NCBI GenBank assembly: GCA_910577365.1
Contig: CAJTMU010000005.1
Location: 8,489 to 72,488, forward strand
Origin: an uncultured Oscillospiraceae bacterium
GTDB taxonomy: Bacteria; Bacillota; Clostridia; Oscillospirales; Ruminococcaceae
DNA length: 64,000 nt
Direction: 5' to 3'
Positions 50,122 through 61,769 of the stretch are shown here, piece after piece (within the stretch, counting starts at the first letter, position 1; each line of letters starts with the position of its first letter). The position numbers were made by a program, and so were the translations under genes. Under the pieces are notes generated by a model. That model ran no database searches and was not told the DNA's origin. It saw nothing but the letters and a program-made list of their open reading frames with translations.

Positions 50122-50859
50122 ATGGCAACAGTAGGCAATATGGCTTCAACGCAGCTGCTGATGGCTAAGGCGATGACCAATTATGGATATCGCGGGGGTA
50201 TGAGCAGCAGTATATCCCGCAAGATGTCTTCGAGTTCTGCGCAGGCTAATCTTGACAAGATAATGAATACCACGCTCAAAAACAAGAGCGACTATTTCAA
50301 GGAGCAGTATTCAAATATCTACAAGAGTGTTTTCGGCATATCCGACGACGCAAAGGACACCGCAAATAGCACCGTAGCGCTGAAAACCTCCACAAGCGAG
50401 GCGAAAAATGCGGCGGACGACATGACGAGTTTCGCAAACAAGCTTAAATATGGCGGAGAATACAATCAGGACGAGTATGCGAAGCTGGCACAAAATTTCG
50501 CGGACAGCTACAACAGCATGATTGAGAATGTCGGCAATTCCGACAACTCAGCAGTGCTGCAGAAGGGCGTTATGACGGTGAATACCGCAAAGGTGTTTAA
50601 CGGTTCTCTCGAGCGCGCAGGTTTCTCTCTGGGCAGCGACAACAAGCTGACCTTTAATAAGGATAGCCTCGGCGACAAGGTTTCGGCTCTGGATATCAAG
50701 ACTACTTTCGGCGGTAACTACGGATTTTCAAACAAGATAGCGCAGAAAGCTGAGCAGATAGGTTCTCTGTCCAGCGGCAAGGGAATGCTCACCTACAACG
50801 CTTTCAGTATGCCGAACTACGCTTTCAGCATTGGCTCGCTGTTCAGCTTCTATGCATAA
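50122..50859 (+). CDS. Hypothetical protein, loosely FliD-C-terminal-like
   Basis: FADSYNSMI...LERAGFSLGSDNKLTFN; AGGAGG RBS; family assignment weak. Confidence 0.55.
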   Translation: MATVGNMASTQLLMAKAMTNYGYRGGMSSSISRKMSSSSAQANLDKIMNTTLKNKSDYFKEQYSNIYKSVFGISDDAKDTANSTVALKTSTSEAKNAADDMTSFANKLKYGGEYNQDEYAKLAQNFADSYNSMIENVGNSDNSAVLQKGVMTVNTAKVFNGSLERAGFSLGSDNKLTFNKDSLGDKVSALDIKTTFGGNYGFSNKIAQKAEQIGSLSSGKGMLTYNAFSMPNYAFSIGSLFSFYA

Positions 50860-51322
50860 TGGCAGGAGCTTTTGCCGCTTTGAGCGCGGATATGGCAAAA
50901 ACAATTTTTAACGATTAAGCGAACCGCCCTTGGCGATCGTCGGCTTTTGCGACGGCACGACAAGGGCGGTATTCGTTTTTGTATTAAAATTGACATTTTC
51001 CGAAGCTGCAAAAACAAGTACTCAAAAAAATGGAAACATACTTCCGCAAAATGCATACACAAAAATTTTTCAAAAACCTGCATATAGGTGAAGCAGTTTT
51101 TTGAGCAAAATTAAGTTAAATGCTTATTATAGCAGACTCTATATTATACAAGCAACCGAATTCTCCGAAAATGCAATTTTGGTCAAAGCCTAATATGCGA
51201 CGATTCAAAAAATTCTTTTTAAATCATTTGTCCTGAATGATTATTTATAAACAGATTATCGAAATATGCTGTTTAAGGGATAAAAATATGTGCATTTTGG
51301 TATAAAAAATAGCTCTTTACCC

Positions 51323-51351
51323 TTGACATTTTCGTGAAAATATAGTAAAAT
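51323..51351 (+). promoter_or_regulatory. Sigma-A promoter upstream of rny
   Basis: TTGACA-17-TAAAAT. Confidence 0.7.
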
Positions 51352-51840
51352 AATAATAGGCTTATCCGTTGGATGTCTTTTCCGCGGTGTTGGCTCACGT
51401 TTATTATATTAATTTGGTAATTGCCATTTTTTATTTGGCTGCTTTTCGGAGATATATGCCTGAAAAGCGCGGACGGGTCTTTAGCCGAAAGGCGCGGTAA
51501 AGACCAACATTACCTTGATATATGTACGTTATTTTTCAGGCGGCGGCATAATATATAATAGGAGAACAGCCTTTGTTATTCCTTGAAAGCGTTCTTTAAA
51601 ATAAAAGGAAGTACGGAATACGGGAATCAAAATTATTCATTGTAAACATTCAATGCCCGCTGAGGGTATGAGACCGGTCTGTTATTGCCGTTATGTCCAA
51701 AGACGAATTTGGGGGCTTTGGTCGGGCGGTGTGCGGCGCGGCGTGTTTTTGGCGCGGGAGAGCTTTCCGCGGCTGTATCGCCGAGCTTTTCCATAAAATT
51801 GTATATTTATCCCGCCGAAATCATAAGGAGGGAATTAAGG

Positions 51841-53445
51841 ATGGATATCCCACTGTTTGTTGTTGTGCTAATCGGCATAGCAGCACTCCTTGTCGGCGCG
51901 GTAGTCTGCGGCTTTATCTGCTTCAGGCTTGGTGTGCAGCATCGGATAAAAATTGCCGAGGCTCAGTTTGAGTCGGCGGAAAAAGAGGCTGCCCGCATCG
52001 TTGAGGAAGCAGGAGAAAAAGCAGAAACGATGAAAAAGACTGCCCTTGTAGAGGCAAAGGATGAGATCTACAAGCTGCGCACCAACGCGGAAAAAGAGGT
52101 TCAGCGGCTTAAAAACGACGCAGAACGGGAGCTGAAGGAGCGCAGAAGCGAGGTTTCGCGCTCGGAACGCAGAATCCAGCAGAAGGAGGAAAACCTCGAC
52201 AAGAAAAACGACAAGCTTGAAAAGCTGGAGGAGCAGCTTCACCAAAAGCACAAGAAAGCCGATGAAAAGGTAGCCGAGGCGGAACAGCTGAAGCAAAGCC
52301 AGATGGATATTCTGGAAAGGATATCGGGCTTTACCACGGAGCAGGCGAAAGACCACCTTCTGCAGCTGCTCGACACGGAGCTTAACCACGACAAGGCGCT
52401 TCTGATATCCGCTTACGAGCAGAAGCTCAAAGATGACTGCGACGAAAAGGCAAGGCAATACATATCCCTTGCCATCGCAAGACTTGCAGCGGATACGGTA
52501 TCCGAAACGGCGGTTTCTGTCGTTGCTATTCCAAGCGATGAGATGAAGGGGCGCATTATCGGACGCGAGGGGCGCAATATTCGCGCTCTTGAGACCATGA
52601 CGGGCGTTGACCTTATTATTGACGACACACCCGAAGTCATTACACTTTCCTGTTTTGACCATGTTCGCAGGGAGATCGCGAGGATAGCTCTCGAAAGGCT
52701 TATACAGGACGGACGCATTCACCCCGCACGCATTGAGGAAACAGTTGAGAAAGCTCGCAGAGAAGTTGAGCTTCGCATAAAGCAGGAGGGCGAAAGAGCC
52801 GTTCTTGAAACAAATGTAAACGGTCTGAATCACGAGCTTATAAGGCTTATTGGTCGTCTTAAATACAGAACCTCCTACCGTCAGAACGTGCTGAATCATT
52901 CCATTGAGGTGGCGCATCTTGCGGGAATCATGGCAAGTGAGCTGGGGGTTGACGCGGCTCTCGCAAGAAGGGCAGGTTTGCTGCACGATATCGGAAAGGC
53001 GCTTGACCACGAAATAGAAGGCTCTCACGTTCAGATAGGCGTTGACGTGTGCAAGAAATACAAGGAAAATTCGGAAGTAATTCACGCTATCGAAGCTCAC
53101 CACGGAGATGTCGAGTGCAGAACTGTGATAGCCGCACTGGTGCAGGCTGCTGACGCAATAAGCGCGGCGCGTCCCGCGGCGAGAAGCGAGAATTATGAGA
53201 ACTACATTAAGCGTCTTGAAAAGCTTGAGGAAATATGCTGCTCATACAGCGGGGTCGAGAAGTCTTACGCGATACAAGCGGGGCGCGAGGTTCGCATAAT
53301 GATTAAGCCCGAGCAGATAAGCGATGACGATATGACGGTGCTTGCAAGAGATATCGCCAAAAAGATCGAGGACGAAATGGAATACCCGGGTCAGATTAAA
53401 ATAAATCTAATCCGAGAAAGCCGCGTCATTGATTACGCAAAGTAA
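51841..53445 (+). CDS. rny: Ribonuclease Y
   Basis: N-terminal TM, coiled coil, KH ([13 protein letters not shown]), HD (LHDIGK); ATG 51841 with AGGAGG RBS. Confidence 0.96.
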   Translation: MDIPLFVVVLIGIAALLVGAVVCGFICFRLGVQHRIKIAEAQFESAEKEAARIVEEAGEKAETMKKTALVEAKDEIYKLRTNAEKEVQRLKNDAERELKERRSEVSRSERRIQQKEENLDKKNDKLEKLEEQLHQKHKKADEKVAEAEQLKQSQMDILERISGFTTEQAKDHLLQLLDTELNHDKALLISAYEQKLKDDCDEKARQYISLAIARLAADTVSETAVSVVAIPSDEMKGRIIGREGRNIRALETMTGVDLIIDDTPEVITLSCFDHVRREIARIALERLIQDGRIHPARIEETVEKARREVELRIKQEGERAVLETNVNGLNHELIRLIGRLKYRTSYRQNVLNHSIEVAHLAGIMASELGVDAALARRAGLLHDIGKALDHEIEGSHVQIGVDVCKKYKENSEVIHAIEAHHGDVECRTVIAALVQAADAISAARPAARSENYENYIKRLEKLEEICCSYSGVEKSYAIQAGREVRIMIKPEQISDDDMTVLARDIAKKIEDEMEYPGQIKINLIRESRVIDYAK

Positions 53446-53466
53446 ATAGACATTGTAATGATAATT

Positions 53467-53507
53467 CTATGCGCTCTCACTTAACGTCATGTGAGGGCGC
53501 ATAGTTT
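53467..53507 (+). terminator. Probable terminator hairpin
   Basis: CTATGCGCTCTCAC/GTGAGGGCGCATAG. Confidence 0.65.
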
Positions 53508-53530
53508 AAGAAAGGAAAACCGGCAAATCA

Positions 53531-55459
53531 ATGATTACTTTTGACAGCTCAAAATGCGTTGCCTGCAACAGCTGCATACGCGTATGTCCTTCGATTGAAG
53601 CAAACAAGTGGGTGCTGGACAGCAATGGCAAAACCGTTTTCGATATCGACGAAAGCAAGTGCATACGCTGCGGTGCCTGTATAAAAGCGTGCAGCCATAA
53701 CGCAAGAAGCTATGAGGACGATACGGAGAGATTCTGGTCGGATCTGCGCGGCGGAAAAGAGATCGTTCTTATTGTGGCTCCGGCGATAAAGATATCCTTT
53801 AACGGAAGCTGGCGGCACGTTTTGGAATTTTTAAAAAAACACGGCGTAAGGGAGATTTATGACGTTTCACTTGGCGCGGATATCTGCACATGGGGTCACA
53901 TTCGGTATATGGAGCAGCACAAAGGCGAAAAAATTATTTCGCAGCCCTGTCCCGCCATTGTGAATTACATAAAAAAATACTGCCATAATGCTCTTGCACA
54001 CCTTTCACCTGTTCACTCACCAATGCTTTGCCTTGCTGTTTATCTGCGCAAATATCTGGGAGAAACCCGCAGGATAGCGGCTCTGTCACCCTGCATCGCA
54101 AAGGGCGATGAGTTTAAGGAAACCGGCATAGTGGACTACAATGTCACCTTCAAAAGGCTCGGCGAACTTATGAAACGCGAAGGCAGCGACCCGGACAAGC
54201 TGAAGGGACGTTCCTCATTTGAGTTTTCGGGAACCGTCGGCGCGATGGGAGCGGTTTATCCCAGACCGGGTGGTCTTAAAGCGTGTCTGGAACTGGAAGT
54301 GCCCTCTCTTAATGTAATTACAAGCGAAGGGGTAGGCAGCGTTTATCGTAACCTTGATATGTATTCAAGCGTTGACGGACGTGATCTGCCCGATGTATTC
54401 GATGTTCTTTCCTGCGATGACGGCTGCGGAAGCGGTCCGGCGATAGGCACTCAAATGTCCGTCTATCGTACGAGCGGTATTATCAACAGCGTAGAAAAAT
54501 ATGCCCGAACAAAGCGGGTAAAGTTTGACTACAAGCATAGGGACAAGGCGTTTTTAAAATTTGATAAAATTCTTAAGCTGTCAGACTTTATGCGAAGCTA
54601 CGAGCCGGAGGAACTTAATAAGCGCAGGGTAACAGAAGCCGAAATTGATGCTATGCTTACAAAAATGGGCAAGAACACCGAGGTTGAGCGCAATTACAAC
54701 TGCCACGCCTGCGGGTTTCCTACCTGCCGCAAAATGGCAGAGGCAATCATAAAAGGGACAAGCTCCCTGCATAGCTGTGCACAGTATACCCTTAAAGAAT
54801 CAGCAAATCACCGCCGCCATATCGAGGAGGTAAACGAAACTATCGGTCAGATTACCGCAGAGCTTGGTGAAGTGGTTTCCATGCTTACGCAAAATATTGG
54901 GAGCGTTAGCGGAGCTACGGAGGGCATCGCAAAGCTCAATAACGTCAACCACTCCGAGGTGGCAAGCCTTTCGGGAGTTATTGAAGAGCTTAGGCTGCTC
55001 AGCGAAAACATCAACAGCGCAATGGGCTCTATCAACGAAAGCGTGAGCGGTTTCTCAAAAATGACGAAAAACATCAACGATATTGCGCGTCAAATAAATA
55101 TCCTTGCCATCAACGCCAGTATAGAGGCAGCACGCGCAGGCGAAGCGGGAATAGGATTCGCAGTCGTTGCTGACGAAGTGCGCAATCTTGCGGAGCATTC
55201 CCAGACCGCCGTTACAGAAGCAGAGGAGAGCAATGCGCTGGTATTTGCGGATATCGACACTGTAAACAACATAGTTATGACCATCTCCGAAAAAATGCAG
55301 AACATTCTTGAAATGGTAAACAATATGCAGCGCAACATCACAAAAACTCTCGGACGCGGAGAGGATATCAGCACGGCTATGGGCGATGTTACGGATATTA
55401 CAAAGCGCATAGACGGTCTTGTAGCGAGGGCAGATGAGGTGCTTAACGAGCAGGCCTGA
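53531..55459 (+). CDS. Fe-S / [FeFe]-hydrogenase-like domain fused to a methyl-accepting chemotaxis signalling domain
   Basis: Two CxxCxxCxxx[68 protein letters not shown]. Confidence 0.85.
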   Translation: MITFDSSKCVACNSCIRVCPSIEANKWVLDSNGKTVFDIDESKCIRCGACIKACSHNARSYEDDTERFWSDLRGGKEIVLIVAPAIKISFNGSWRHVLEFLKKHGVREIYDVSLGADICTWGHIRYMEQHKGEKIISQPCPAIVNYIKKYCHNALAHLSPVHSPMLCLAVYLRKYLGETRRIAALSPCIAKGDEFKETGIVDYNVTFKRLGELMKREGSDPDKLKGRSSFEFSGTVGAMGAVYPRPGGLKACLELEVPSLNVITSEGVGSVYRNLDMYSSVDGRDLPDVFDVLSCDDGCGSGPAIGTQMSVYRTSGIINSVEKYARTKRVKFDYKHRDKAFLKFDKILKLSDFMRSYEPEELNKRRVTEAEIDAMLTKMGKNTEVERNYNCHACGFPTCRKMAEAIIKGTSSLHSCAQYTLKESANHRRHIEEVNETIGQITAELGEVVSMLTQNIGSVSGATEGIAKLNNVNHSEVASLSGVIEELRLLSENINSAMGSINESVSGFSKMTKNINDIARQINILAINASIEAARAGEAGIGFAVVADEVRNLAEHSQTAVTEAEESNALVFADIDTVNNIVMTISEKMQNILEMVNNMQRNITKTLGRGEDISTAMGDVTDITKRIDGLVARADEVLNEQA

Positions 55460-55531
55460 TAAACAAAACACCGCCTGTTCTTTACAACTTTTAAAATTAA
55501 TAAAGAAAAAAATAATTTATGCTATTAGATA

Positions 55532-55809
55532 GGTTGACAAAAAGCAGAAATGCTTTTAAGAAATGGTGACCTAAGGCTAATTATTTAAAAGAATTTCCCA
55601 CACCGCTGCAAACTACGCTGAGTTTTGTAAAAAACTCAGCGTAGTTTACGCTATCCTGCCGTAAAAGCTCCGCCCGCTTTGCGGGCTGCGCTTTCACAGC
55701 GGATTGCGGGAAATTCATGCGTGGCCGGTCACTTTACGCCTGCCTTCAGCGCCTATGACTTCTTAATTTTTAGGTGATTCGTCGCAGCGTTGCTCTTATA
55801 AAACAAATT
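55532..55809. repeat. Palindromic MITE/REP-like element, long variant
   Basis: Colinear with 19177-19500; internal perfect hairpin AAACTACGCTGAGTTTT/AAAACTCAGCGTAGTTT. Confidence 0.75.
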
Positions 55810-55896
55810 GTTATTTTTAAAAATACTGCATAGATTGAGCCGCCCGCTCCTTTCGGAACGGGCGACCTCTTTCTTTTGTTCTGCGCATGATAATTT

Positions 55897-56427
55897 CTAT
55901 TTCTGCTCCGCGAGTTTTCTTGGTGCAATTTTTTGTTTATCTGCGCCGAGAACCTGCATAAAGGGCTTGCTCCGCTCCAGCGCGAATCTGAAAAGCGGGC
56001 AGCCTATAACCGTAATAACCACCAGCTCACCAAGCGCAACCGTGCCCATGCTGAACCATAGCGGCTCTCCGCAAAGAAAAAGCTCAAAGCCGACAATAAT
56101 TCCGTTGCTGATTATCGGAAGCGCCGACGCAAGCCATATGTTCCTGACATAATACATCGGAATTACCGCAGCAGCCGTAGCAAGCGTTCCGAAAATAATG
56201 TCGTACAATCCGAATGGGCTGAAAAGATTCGCTATAAAGCAGCCTAAGATCAGCGATACGCAGTAGTCTTTACGGTAAAAGCAGAGCAATACGAGTATCT
56301 CCGAAAATCTGAACTGGATAGCGCCGAAAGCAAGCCCCGGGACAGCCAGCGTCATTGCCGCGTACAGCGCTGCTACAAGCGCAAGACGGGCAAGGTTTCT
56401 GATGTTGAAAATTTCCTCTTTTGACAT
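55897..56427 (-). CDS. queT: QueT queuosine-precursor transporter
   Basis: AALYAAMT..FGAIQFRFSE..GCFIANLFSPFGLYDIIFGTLAT. Confidence 0.9.
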   Translation of the reverse strand: MSKEEIFNIRNLARLALVAALYAAMTLAVPGLAFGAIQFRFSEILVLLCFYRKDYCVSLILGCFIANLFSPFGLYDIIFGTLATAAAVIPMYYVRNIWLASALPIISNGIIVGFELFLCGEPLWFSMGTVALGELVVITVIGCPLFRFALERSKPFMQVLGADKQKIAPRKLAEQK

Positions 56428-56436
56428 AAAATTTCT

Positions 56437-56473
56437 CCTTGTTTTTTATCGGTGGTTAGCAAAGACAACACCG
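56437..56473 (-). promoter_or_regulatory. preQ1-I riboswitch
   Basis: CGGTG-TTGTCTTTGCTAAC-CACCG-ATAAAAAA-CAAGG: P1 stem, A-rich tail, and loop CTTTG pairing with CAAGG over the queT RBS. Confidence 0.85.
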
Positions 56474-56680
56474 TATTCGATTTTTGCCCTGTGTGGGCAT
56501 TGTGAAATTCAGGCAAAACCCGAATTTGCAAAAGCTGTCGGTCTGAAATAATATCTCAAACCGATAAATTTATTTTATCATATTTTGGGGCTATTTTCAA
56601 GAGGGTAGGTATTTTTTCTGCAATTTTCCCGATAACAACTTTCAATCCGTGTCAAAAACTGTGCAGTCTGTACTGACTTG

Positions 56681-57454
56681 TCAGCCCTGCGCACGGTTTC
56701 TGAACTGTGTTGCGGTCATTCCCGTGCGTCGGCGGAATTGACGGATAAAATGTGTGTCGTTTTCAAATCCACAAAGCTCCGCTATGTTTTTGACAGAAAT
56801 CGCAGTGTCTGCAAGATAATATTTCGCCCGCTCAAGCCGCGCGGCAAGCACATCCTCATAGCAGCTTACCCCAAACTCCTTTTTATACAGACTCTGAAAA
56901 TAAGACGGGCTGAGCGCCAGCCGCGCGGAAAGCTCCGCGATACTTTTGCAGCTGGCGGGATCGCGGTAAATCTCCGCGCGCAGAGCCTTAAGCGAAACGG
57001 AACGGAAATTTCCGCGCGGACTTCCGCCCGCGCCCCCCAGCTTCGCCAGCAGCAGTCTGAGCAGCAAGTCAACACATTCCCCGCTGTTTTCCCCTCCTGA
57101 CACCTGCTCTAAGCTCAGCATATTAAGAATATCCTCAGTGCCGCCCGCAGAAATATGCAGAACAGTATTAAAGGGAAGCCTTATCTTGTCAAAAAACGTA
57201 TCGCGCTCGTCGCATTCGAAATGCACCCAATCGTTTATATATTCCGCGCCCGCCGCCCCGTAATACTGCCGCTCGCCCTTGGAGTACACCACGGCGCTGC
57301 CCGCGGGCACCGTTTGGACAATTCCGTTTTGCCGCACAACAGCCGAGGTCTTGAAAATAATTATAAGGTTGTCCCCCGAACCGTTCGGACGGTCAATAAG
57401 AAAATCCCTGTCATGACGGAAATCTATCCCCAAAGAGTGAAGCTTCATTATCAT
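56681..57454 (-). CDS. AraC family transcriptional regulator
   Basis: LSPSYFQSLYKKEFG...IAELCGFENDTHFIRQFRRRTGMT. Confidence 0.9.
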   Translation of the reverse strand: MIMKLHSLGIDFRHDRDFLIDRPNGSGDNLIIIFKTSAVVRQNGIVQTVPAGSAVVYSKGERQYYGAAGAEYINDWVHFECDERDTFFDKIRLPFNTVLHISAGGTEDILNMLSLEQVSGGENSGECVDLLLRLLLAKLGGAGGSPRGNFRSVSLKALRAEIYRDPASCKSIAELSARLALSPSYFQSLYKKEFGVSCYEDVLAARLERAKYYLADTAISVKNIAELCGFENDTHFIRQFRRRTGMTATQFRNRAQG

Positions 57455-57604
57455 GTCCTCGTTAAAATAATGATTTATGTTGATTGCCGCGGTACTTATC
57501 TCAATTTATATAATATGACACTGTCTGAAAGCTTTTCCACCAGCCATAATATCTTCCCCTTCACCTGAAATTCCACCCATTATTATCCCGTAATTCAAAA
57601 AATT

Positions 57605-58486
57605 TTATTGTTTTATAACATATGAGCTTGTTTGCGGTTTTACGGATACTCCGTTCCATTTATAGTCATACAATTCCACGTCATCGGGAGTGACCGACAT
57701 ATATTCGCCGTCCATACCCGATATTCTTATTTCGCTGTTATCAATTTCAACATTAACGCAAAAAGCCTGCTTATAAAAAAGAAATCCGTTGAGATATCCA
57801 TATTTTTTCATCAGCTTTTCCGACGCCATTATCTGAAAGCCGCACCACATATACGAGGCTGAATTTACCGTGTAATATGTAATGTTGTCAATAACCTTAA
57901 TGTCGTCGCCGTGGTCGTGTCCGTTCATACATAAAAGAACGTTTTTGTCCCGCAGCATATCCCTTACGGCGCTTCTGTTGCTTACTCCCCTGTCCCTATG
58001 GCTGTTTACAAGGCTGTGGTGCGAGAAAATAATATGGCGCTTGCCATCATTCAGCTCGTTTTTAAGCCATTCCGCTTCATGAGACGGAACAACAGGGTAT
58101 ATCGCGCCGTTCTCTTTGTAGTTTCTGCCAAGATATGGGATTTCCTCGCCGTTCCTGCTTAAATAGCAGGAATTCAGAACGATAAATTTAACATCATCGT
58201 ATTCAAATGAATAAAAGGGATTTTTCATTGATAAAAATTTCAGGGTGTTTTTCAGATGACAGTTCTCGGTGTCGTGATTGCCTATGGTGTGATACAGCGG
58301 TATACCTGCGGAGCAGAGTTTTTCCAAAACCGCTTTGTTCTTTTCAGCGGGATAGCACAGATCGCCCAGCGAGATGATGAAATCGGGCTTTGTTTCTTCG
58401 GCATGCGCCAGCAATTCGGCGATTCGTCTGTCGCCATCGGGAACATCGTCATAATGAAGATCTCCGAAAACCATAAATTTTATCAT
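57605..58486 (-). CDS. Calcineurin-like metallophosphoesterase
   Basis: GDLH, LGD, GNHD, SHH, GHDH. Confidence 0.88.
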   Translation of the reverse strand: MIKFMVFGDLHYDDVPDGDRRIAELLAHAEETKPDFIISLGDLCYPAEKNKAVLEKLCSAGIPLYHTIGNHDTENCHLKNTLKFLSMKNPFYSFEYDDVKFIVLNSCYLSRNGEEIPYLGRNYKENGAIYPVVPSHEAEWLKNELNDGKRHIIFSHHSLVNSHRDRGVSNRSAVRDMLRDKNVLLCMNGHDHGDDIKVIDNITYYTVNSASYMWCGFQIMASEKLMKKYGYLNGFLFYKQAFCVNVEIDNSEIRISGMDGEYMSVTPDDVELYDYKWNGVSVKPQTSSYVIKQ

Positions 58487-58498
58487 AATAATTACCCG

Positions 58499-59260
58499 TC
58501 AATCTATATCGAACGTAAACATTTCATAATTGACCCGCAGGTTAAATTCAACACCCGAGAAAGCAGCTTTCCGCGGACAGCTCTCGTCAAAGACGGTAAC
58601 GAAATTGTTCTTGCCGTTTGTAAAAGTGACCTCACCGAAATAATCTTTGCCAAGATGTATCAGCTTAAATTTCAGCACGGTGTTGAAATCATCCCATTGC
58701 CGCGATTCCGAAACGCGCTTTACCTCCTCGTTAAACTCGTCGAGGTTCAGTATTTCAAGCCGGGTATCTCCGTCGATCTTTACATTTGTCGCCTTGAAAG
58801 CGTCAACGGTATAATGAATTTCAGGGAGCTTTACGGTAAACTCCGCTTCAAACGGAATATCGCTGTCGTATTCCTCCGACCAGTAAACGTTGGCAAGACC
58901 GCTCCAGTATATAGTCATAAGACCATCGCTTATATCGGTTATCTCGATAGTGCCGCTCGACAGGTTTTCATGCTCCAGCACATACAAGGTGCCCGCCTCC
59001 TCGCCGTCGGCGTTCTCCTCGTCCTCCCAAACGAATTTTTTGCCTTTAAGCTCCTCAAACGCTCCTGTATGGGTATTGAAGCCATTGTTGTGGTATAGCC
59101 GCACGGAGCGCAGCTCATACTCAACGTTTTCGTTGGAACACTTCGCCTCTATTTCCGGAAAAAGATACATTTCCCCGTCGCAGCTGTCGGCTGAAAGGCT
59201 GACGTCCGCGATATCGTAAACAATATCCTTTAATCTAAGTTTCCCGTTCAAATCACTCAT
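58499..59260 (-). CDS. Hypothetical acidic protein
   Basis: 253-aa ORF overlapping the GNAT stop; no family recognised. Confidence 0.65.
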   Translation of the reverse strand: MSDLNGKLRLKDIVYDIADVSLSADSCDGEMYLFPEIEAKCSNENVEYELRSVRLYHNNGFNTHTGAFEELKGKKFVWEDEENADGEEAGTLYVLEHENLSSGTIEITDISDGLMTIYWSGLANVYWSEEYDSDIPFEAEFTVKLPEIHYTVDAFKATNVKIDGDTRLEILNLDEFNEEVKRVSESRQWDDFNTVLKFKLIHLGKDYFGEVTFTNGKNNFVTVFDESCPRKAAFSGVEFNLRVNYEMFTFDID

Positions 59261-59778
59261 AATAAAATCTCCCGTTTTACCGTATAAAGCAAATGCGGCA
59301 TATCAACTCCGCGGTAATGCTTGACCCAACTGTCGGTAACGCTCATTCCGTTTCGCTCTGCGACCCTGCGCGAGGGAATATTCGTGTCGCGAATAATTGA
59401 GCATACCTCTCTTGCGTCAAGTGTTTTAAATGCGTATCTTTTGCACGCTTTCGCCGCCTCTGTGGCATAGCCCATATGCCAATATTTTTTGTTTAAAAGA
59501 TACCCGACTTCGAGCAGCTCCTTATCCTTCCACGGCTGCATGGTAAGTCCGCACTGGCCTATCATCTCCCCGCTTTCCTTAAGAATCACCGCCCACAAGC
59601 CGAAACCGTATTTCTTATACCGAGCAAGCTGCCTTTCAAGCCAATTGAGAGTTTCATTTTCGGAAAAAGCCCCGTTGTATGCGTACATGGTCTCCTCATC
59701 GCGCAATATCGCGCTCAGCGCGTCGATGTCCGAATATTCAAGCTCTCTGAGCAACAGCCTTTCAGTTTCGCATTTCAT
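59257..59778 (-). CDS. GNAT N-acetyltransferase (RimJ/RimL-like)
   Basis: TERLLLR, EVGY..KYWHMGYATEAA, NIPSRRVAERNGM. Confidence 0.9.
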   Translation of the reverse strand: MKCETERLLLRELEYSDIDALSAILRDEETMYAYNGAFSENETLNWLERQLARYKKYGFGLWAVILKESGEMIGQCGLTMQPWKDKELLEVGYLLNKKYWHMGYATEAAKACKRYAFKTLDAREVCSIIRDTNIPSRRVAERNGMSVTDSWVKHYRGVDMPHLLYTVKREILL

Positions 59779-59932
59779 AAAAATCTCTCCAAAAGAAAAA
59801 AGTAGGATATGTCAGTCTTTTTGATATTATACATCATTGAAATATATTTGTCAAGGTGGTAATATAAACATATAAGAACCTTAAGAGAGCATGACGCTCT
59901 TCGGGAAATAAAAGGACTGAAAGGAAACTGCC

Positions 59933-61402
59933 ATGAAAACATTAAAGCTTACCTTAAACCCGCTGGACAAGCGGAGTCAAATCAGGCGCGAGATATATTC
60001 CAACTTCTCGGAACACCTCGGCCGCTGTATCTATGACGGCATATTTGTCGGAAAGGACAGCGATATTCCCAATATTGAAGGCTACCGCAAGGACGTTGTG
60101 GAAGCGTTTCGTCAGATAAAGCTTCCTGTTCTGCGCTGGCCGGGCGGCTGTTTCGCGGACGAATATCACTGGAAAGACGGAATAGGCGAGCCGTCTGGCA
60201 GAAAAAAGATGATAAACACCCACTGGGGCGGGCTGGTGGAGGATAACAGCTTCGGCACGCATGAGTTTATGAGATTCTGTGAGCTTGTGGGCTGCGAACC
60301 TTATATCAGCGGAAACGTCGGCAGCGGCACGGTGGAGGAGCTTTCTCAGTGGATAGAGTACATGACCTTCGACGGGATATCCCCTATGGCGGAGCTGCGC
60401 AAAAAGAACGGCCGTGAGCAGCCTTGGAAGCTGAAGTACCTTGGGGTAGGAAACGAGAACTGGGGCTGCGGCGGAAACATGACAGCGGAATATTACTGCG
60501 ACCTATACCGTCAGTATTCGACCTACTGCCGCGAATACGGCGGCAACAAGCTGTTCAAGGTAGCAAGCGGCTCGAACGCGGACGACCTCAACTGGACTGA
60601 AGTCTGCATGAAGAAGATTGGTCCCAATAATATGCACGGGCTTTCTCTGCACTACTACACCATTCCATCGGGCGACTGGCAGAACAAGGGCAGCGCACTG
60701 GAATTTGACGACGCGAAATATTACAGCACAATAAAAAGCACGCTCTACATCGAGCCTATGATATGCCGCCACAGCGAGATAATGAACCGCTATGACCCCG
60801 AGCATAAGGTTGGACTGATTGTGGACGAATGGGGCACATGGTACGACGTTGAGCCGGGCACCAATCCGGGCTTCCTGTATCAGCAGAACACCATGCGCGA
60901 CGCGATAGTGGCGGCAATAAACCTCAATATTTTTAACGCTCATTCCGACCGCGTTTATATGGCGAATATCGCGCAGGCGGTGAACGTTCTTCAGGCGGTA
61001 CTGCTCACCGAGGGTAATGTTACTGTAAAGACTCCGACTTATCATGTGTTCGACCTTTACAAGAACCATCAGGACGCGACGCTCATTTACTCCCATGTCG
61101 AAAACGAAGAAGCGAGCGAATCCGTTCCCTGCATTTCCCAGTCCGCAAGCGTGAACGAGCGCGGCGAAATAACCGTTACTCTCTCCAACTGCGCGCTTGA
61201 CAGAGGCTTTGACGTAGAGATAAACGGCTTTGACGTAAAGACTGCCGAAGGACGTATTCTCAGCGGCGAGGTTCATGCGCACAATGATTTTGATAATCCC
61301 GAAAGCGTGATTATTAAGCCGCTTGACGTAAGGGTTGAAAACGGCAAAGCGATCGTGGCGCTGCCCGCGTGCTCGGTTGCCGAAATTACCCTTAAGGGCT
61401 GA
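59933..61402 (+). CDS. Alpha-L-arabinofuranosidase (GH51)
   Basis: [37 protein letters not shown]. Confidence 0.93.
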   Translation: MKTLKLTLNPLDKRSQIRREIYSNFSEHLGRCIYDGIFVGKDSDIPNIEGYRKDVVEAFRQIKLPVLRWPGGCFADEYHWKDGIGEPSGRKKMINTHWGGLVEDNSFGTHEFMRFCELVGCEPYISGNVGSGTVEELSQWIEYMTFDGISPMAELRKKNGREQPWKLKYLGVGNENWGCGGNMTAEYYCDLYRQYSTYCREYGGNKLFKVASGSNADDLNWTEVCMKKIGPNNMHGLSLHYYTIPSGDWQNKGSALEFDDAKYYSTIKSTLYIEPMICRHSEIMNRYDPEHKVGLIVDEWGTWYDVEPGTNPGFLYQQNTMRDAIVAAINLNIFNAHSDRVYMANIAQAVNVLQAVLLTEGNVTVKTPTYHVFDLYKNHQDATLIYSHVENEEASESVPCISQSASVNERGEITVTLSNCALDRGFDVEINGFDVKTAEGRILSGEVHAHNDFDNPESVIIKPLDVRVENGKAIVALPACSVAEITLKG

Positions 61403-61406
61403 TAAA

Positions 61407-61667
61407 ATGGCGCAGGGAAAAAAGCCCTGTCCGCGGTGCTTGCTTGAGGATATTTCGGACCAGGATATCTCGCGTGCAATAACCGCGAGGATTGCCTCCA
61501 TTCCCGAAGAACAGCGGGTCTCCGCCGAGGAATACGGCAGGCGCTTGCAAATATGCCGCGGCTGTGATATGCTGGTAAACGGTACTTGCGGAAAATGCGG
61601 ATGCTATGTAGAGTTAAGGGCGGCGCGGGCAACTAATGGCTGTCCGCACGAAAAAGGACTCTGGTAG
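61407..61667 (+). CDS. Small Cys-rich protein (DUF6171-like)
   Basis: CPRC...RLQICRGC...GTCGKCGCYVELRA...CP..W. Confidence 0.75.
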   Translation: MAQGKKPCPRCLLEDISDQDISRAITARIASIPEEQRVSAEEYGRRLQICRGCDMLVNGTCGKCGCYVELRAARATNGCPHEKGLW

Positions 61668-61769
61668 CCGATAAGGGGGAGGGAGAAAACGTTCCGCTCC
61701 CGCGCCGTTTTCGGCGGAGAAGGGGCGTTCAAAGGCGGCGAAAGCAGAGAGCCACAAACTGCCCACGTA

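Noticed and set aside
51685..51840. N-terminal extension of rny in the ORF track
   Set aside because: The RBS and TM anchor indicate a start at ATG 51841.
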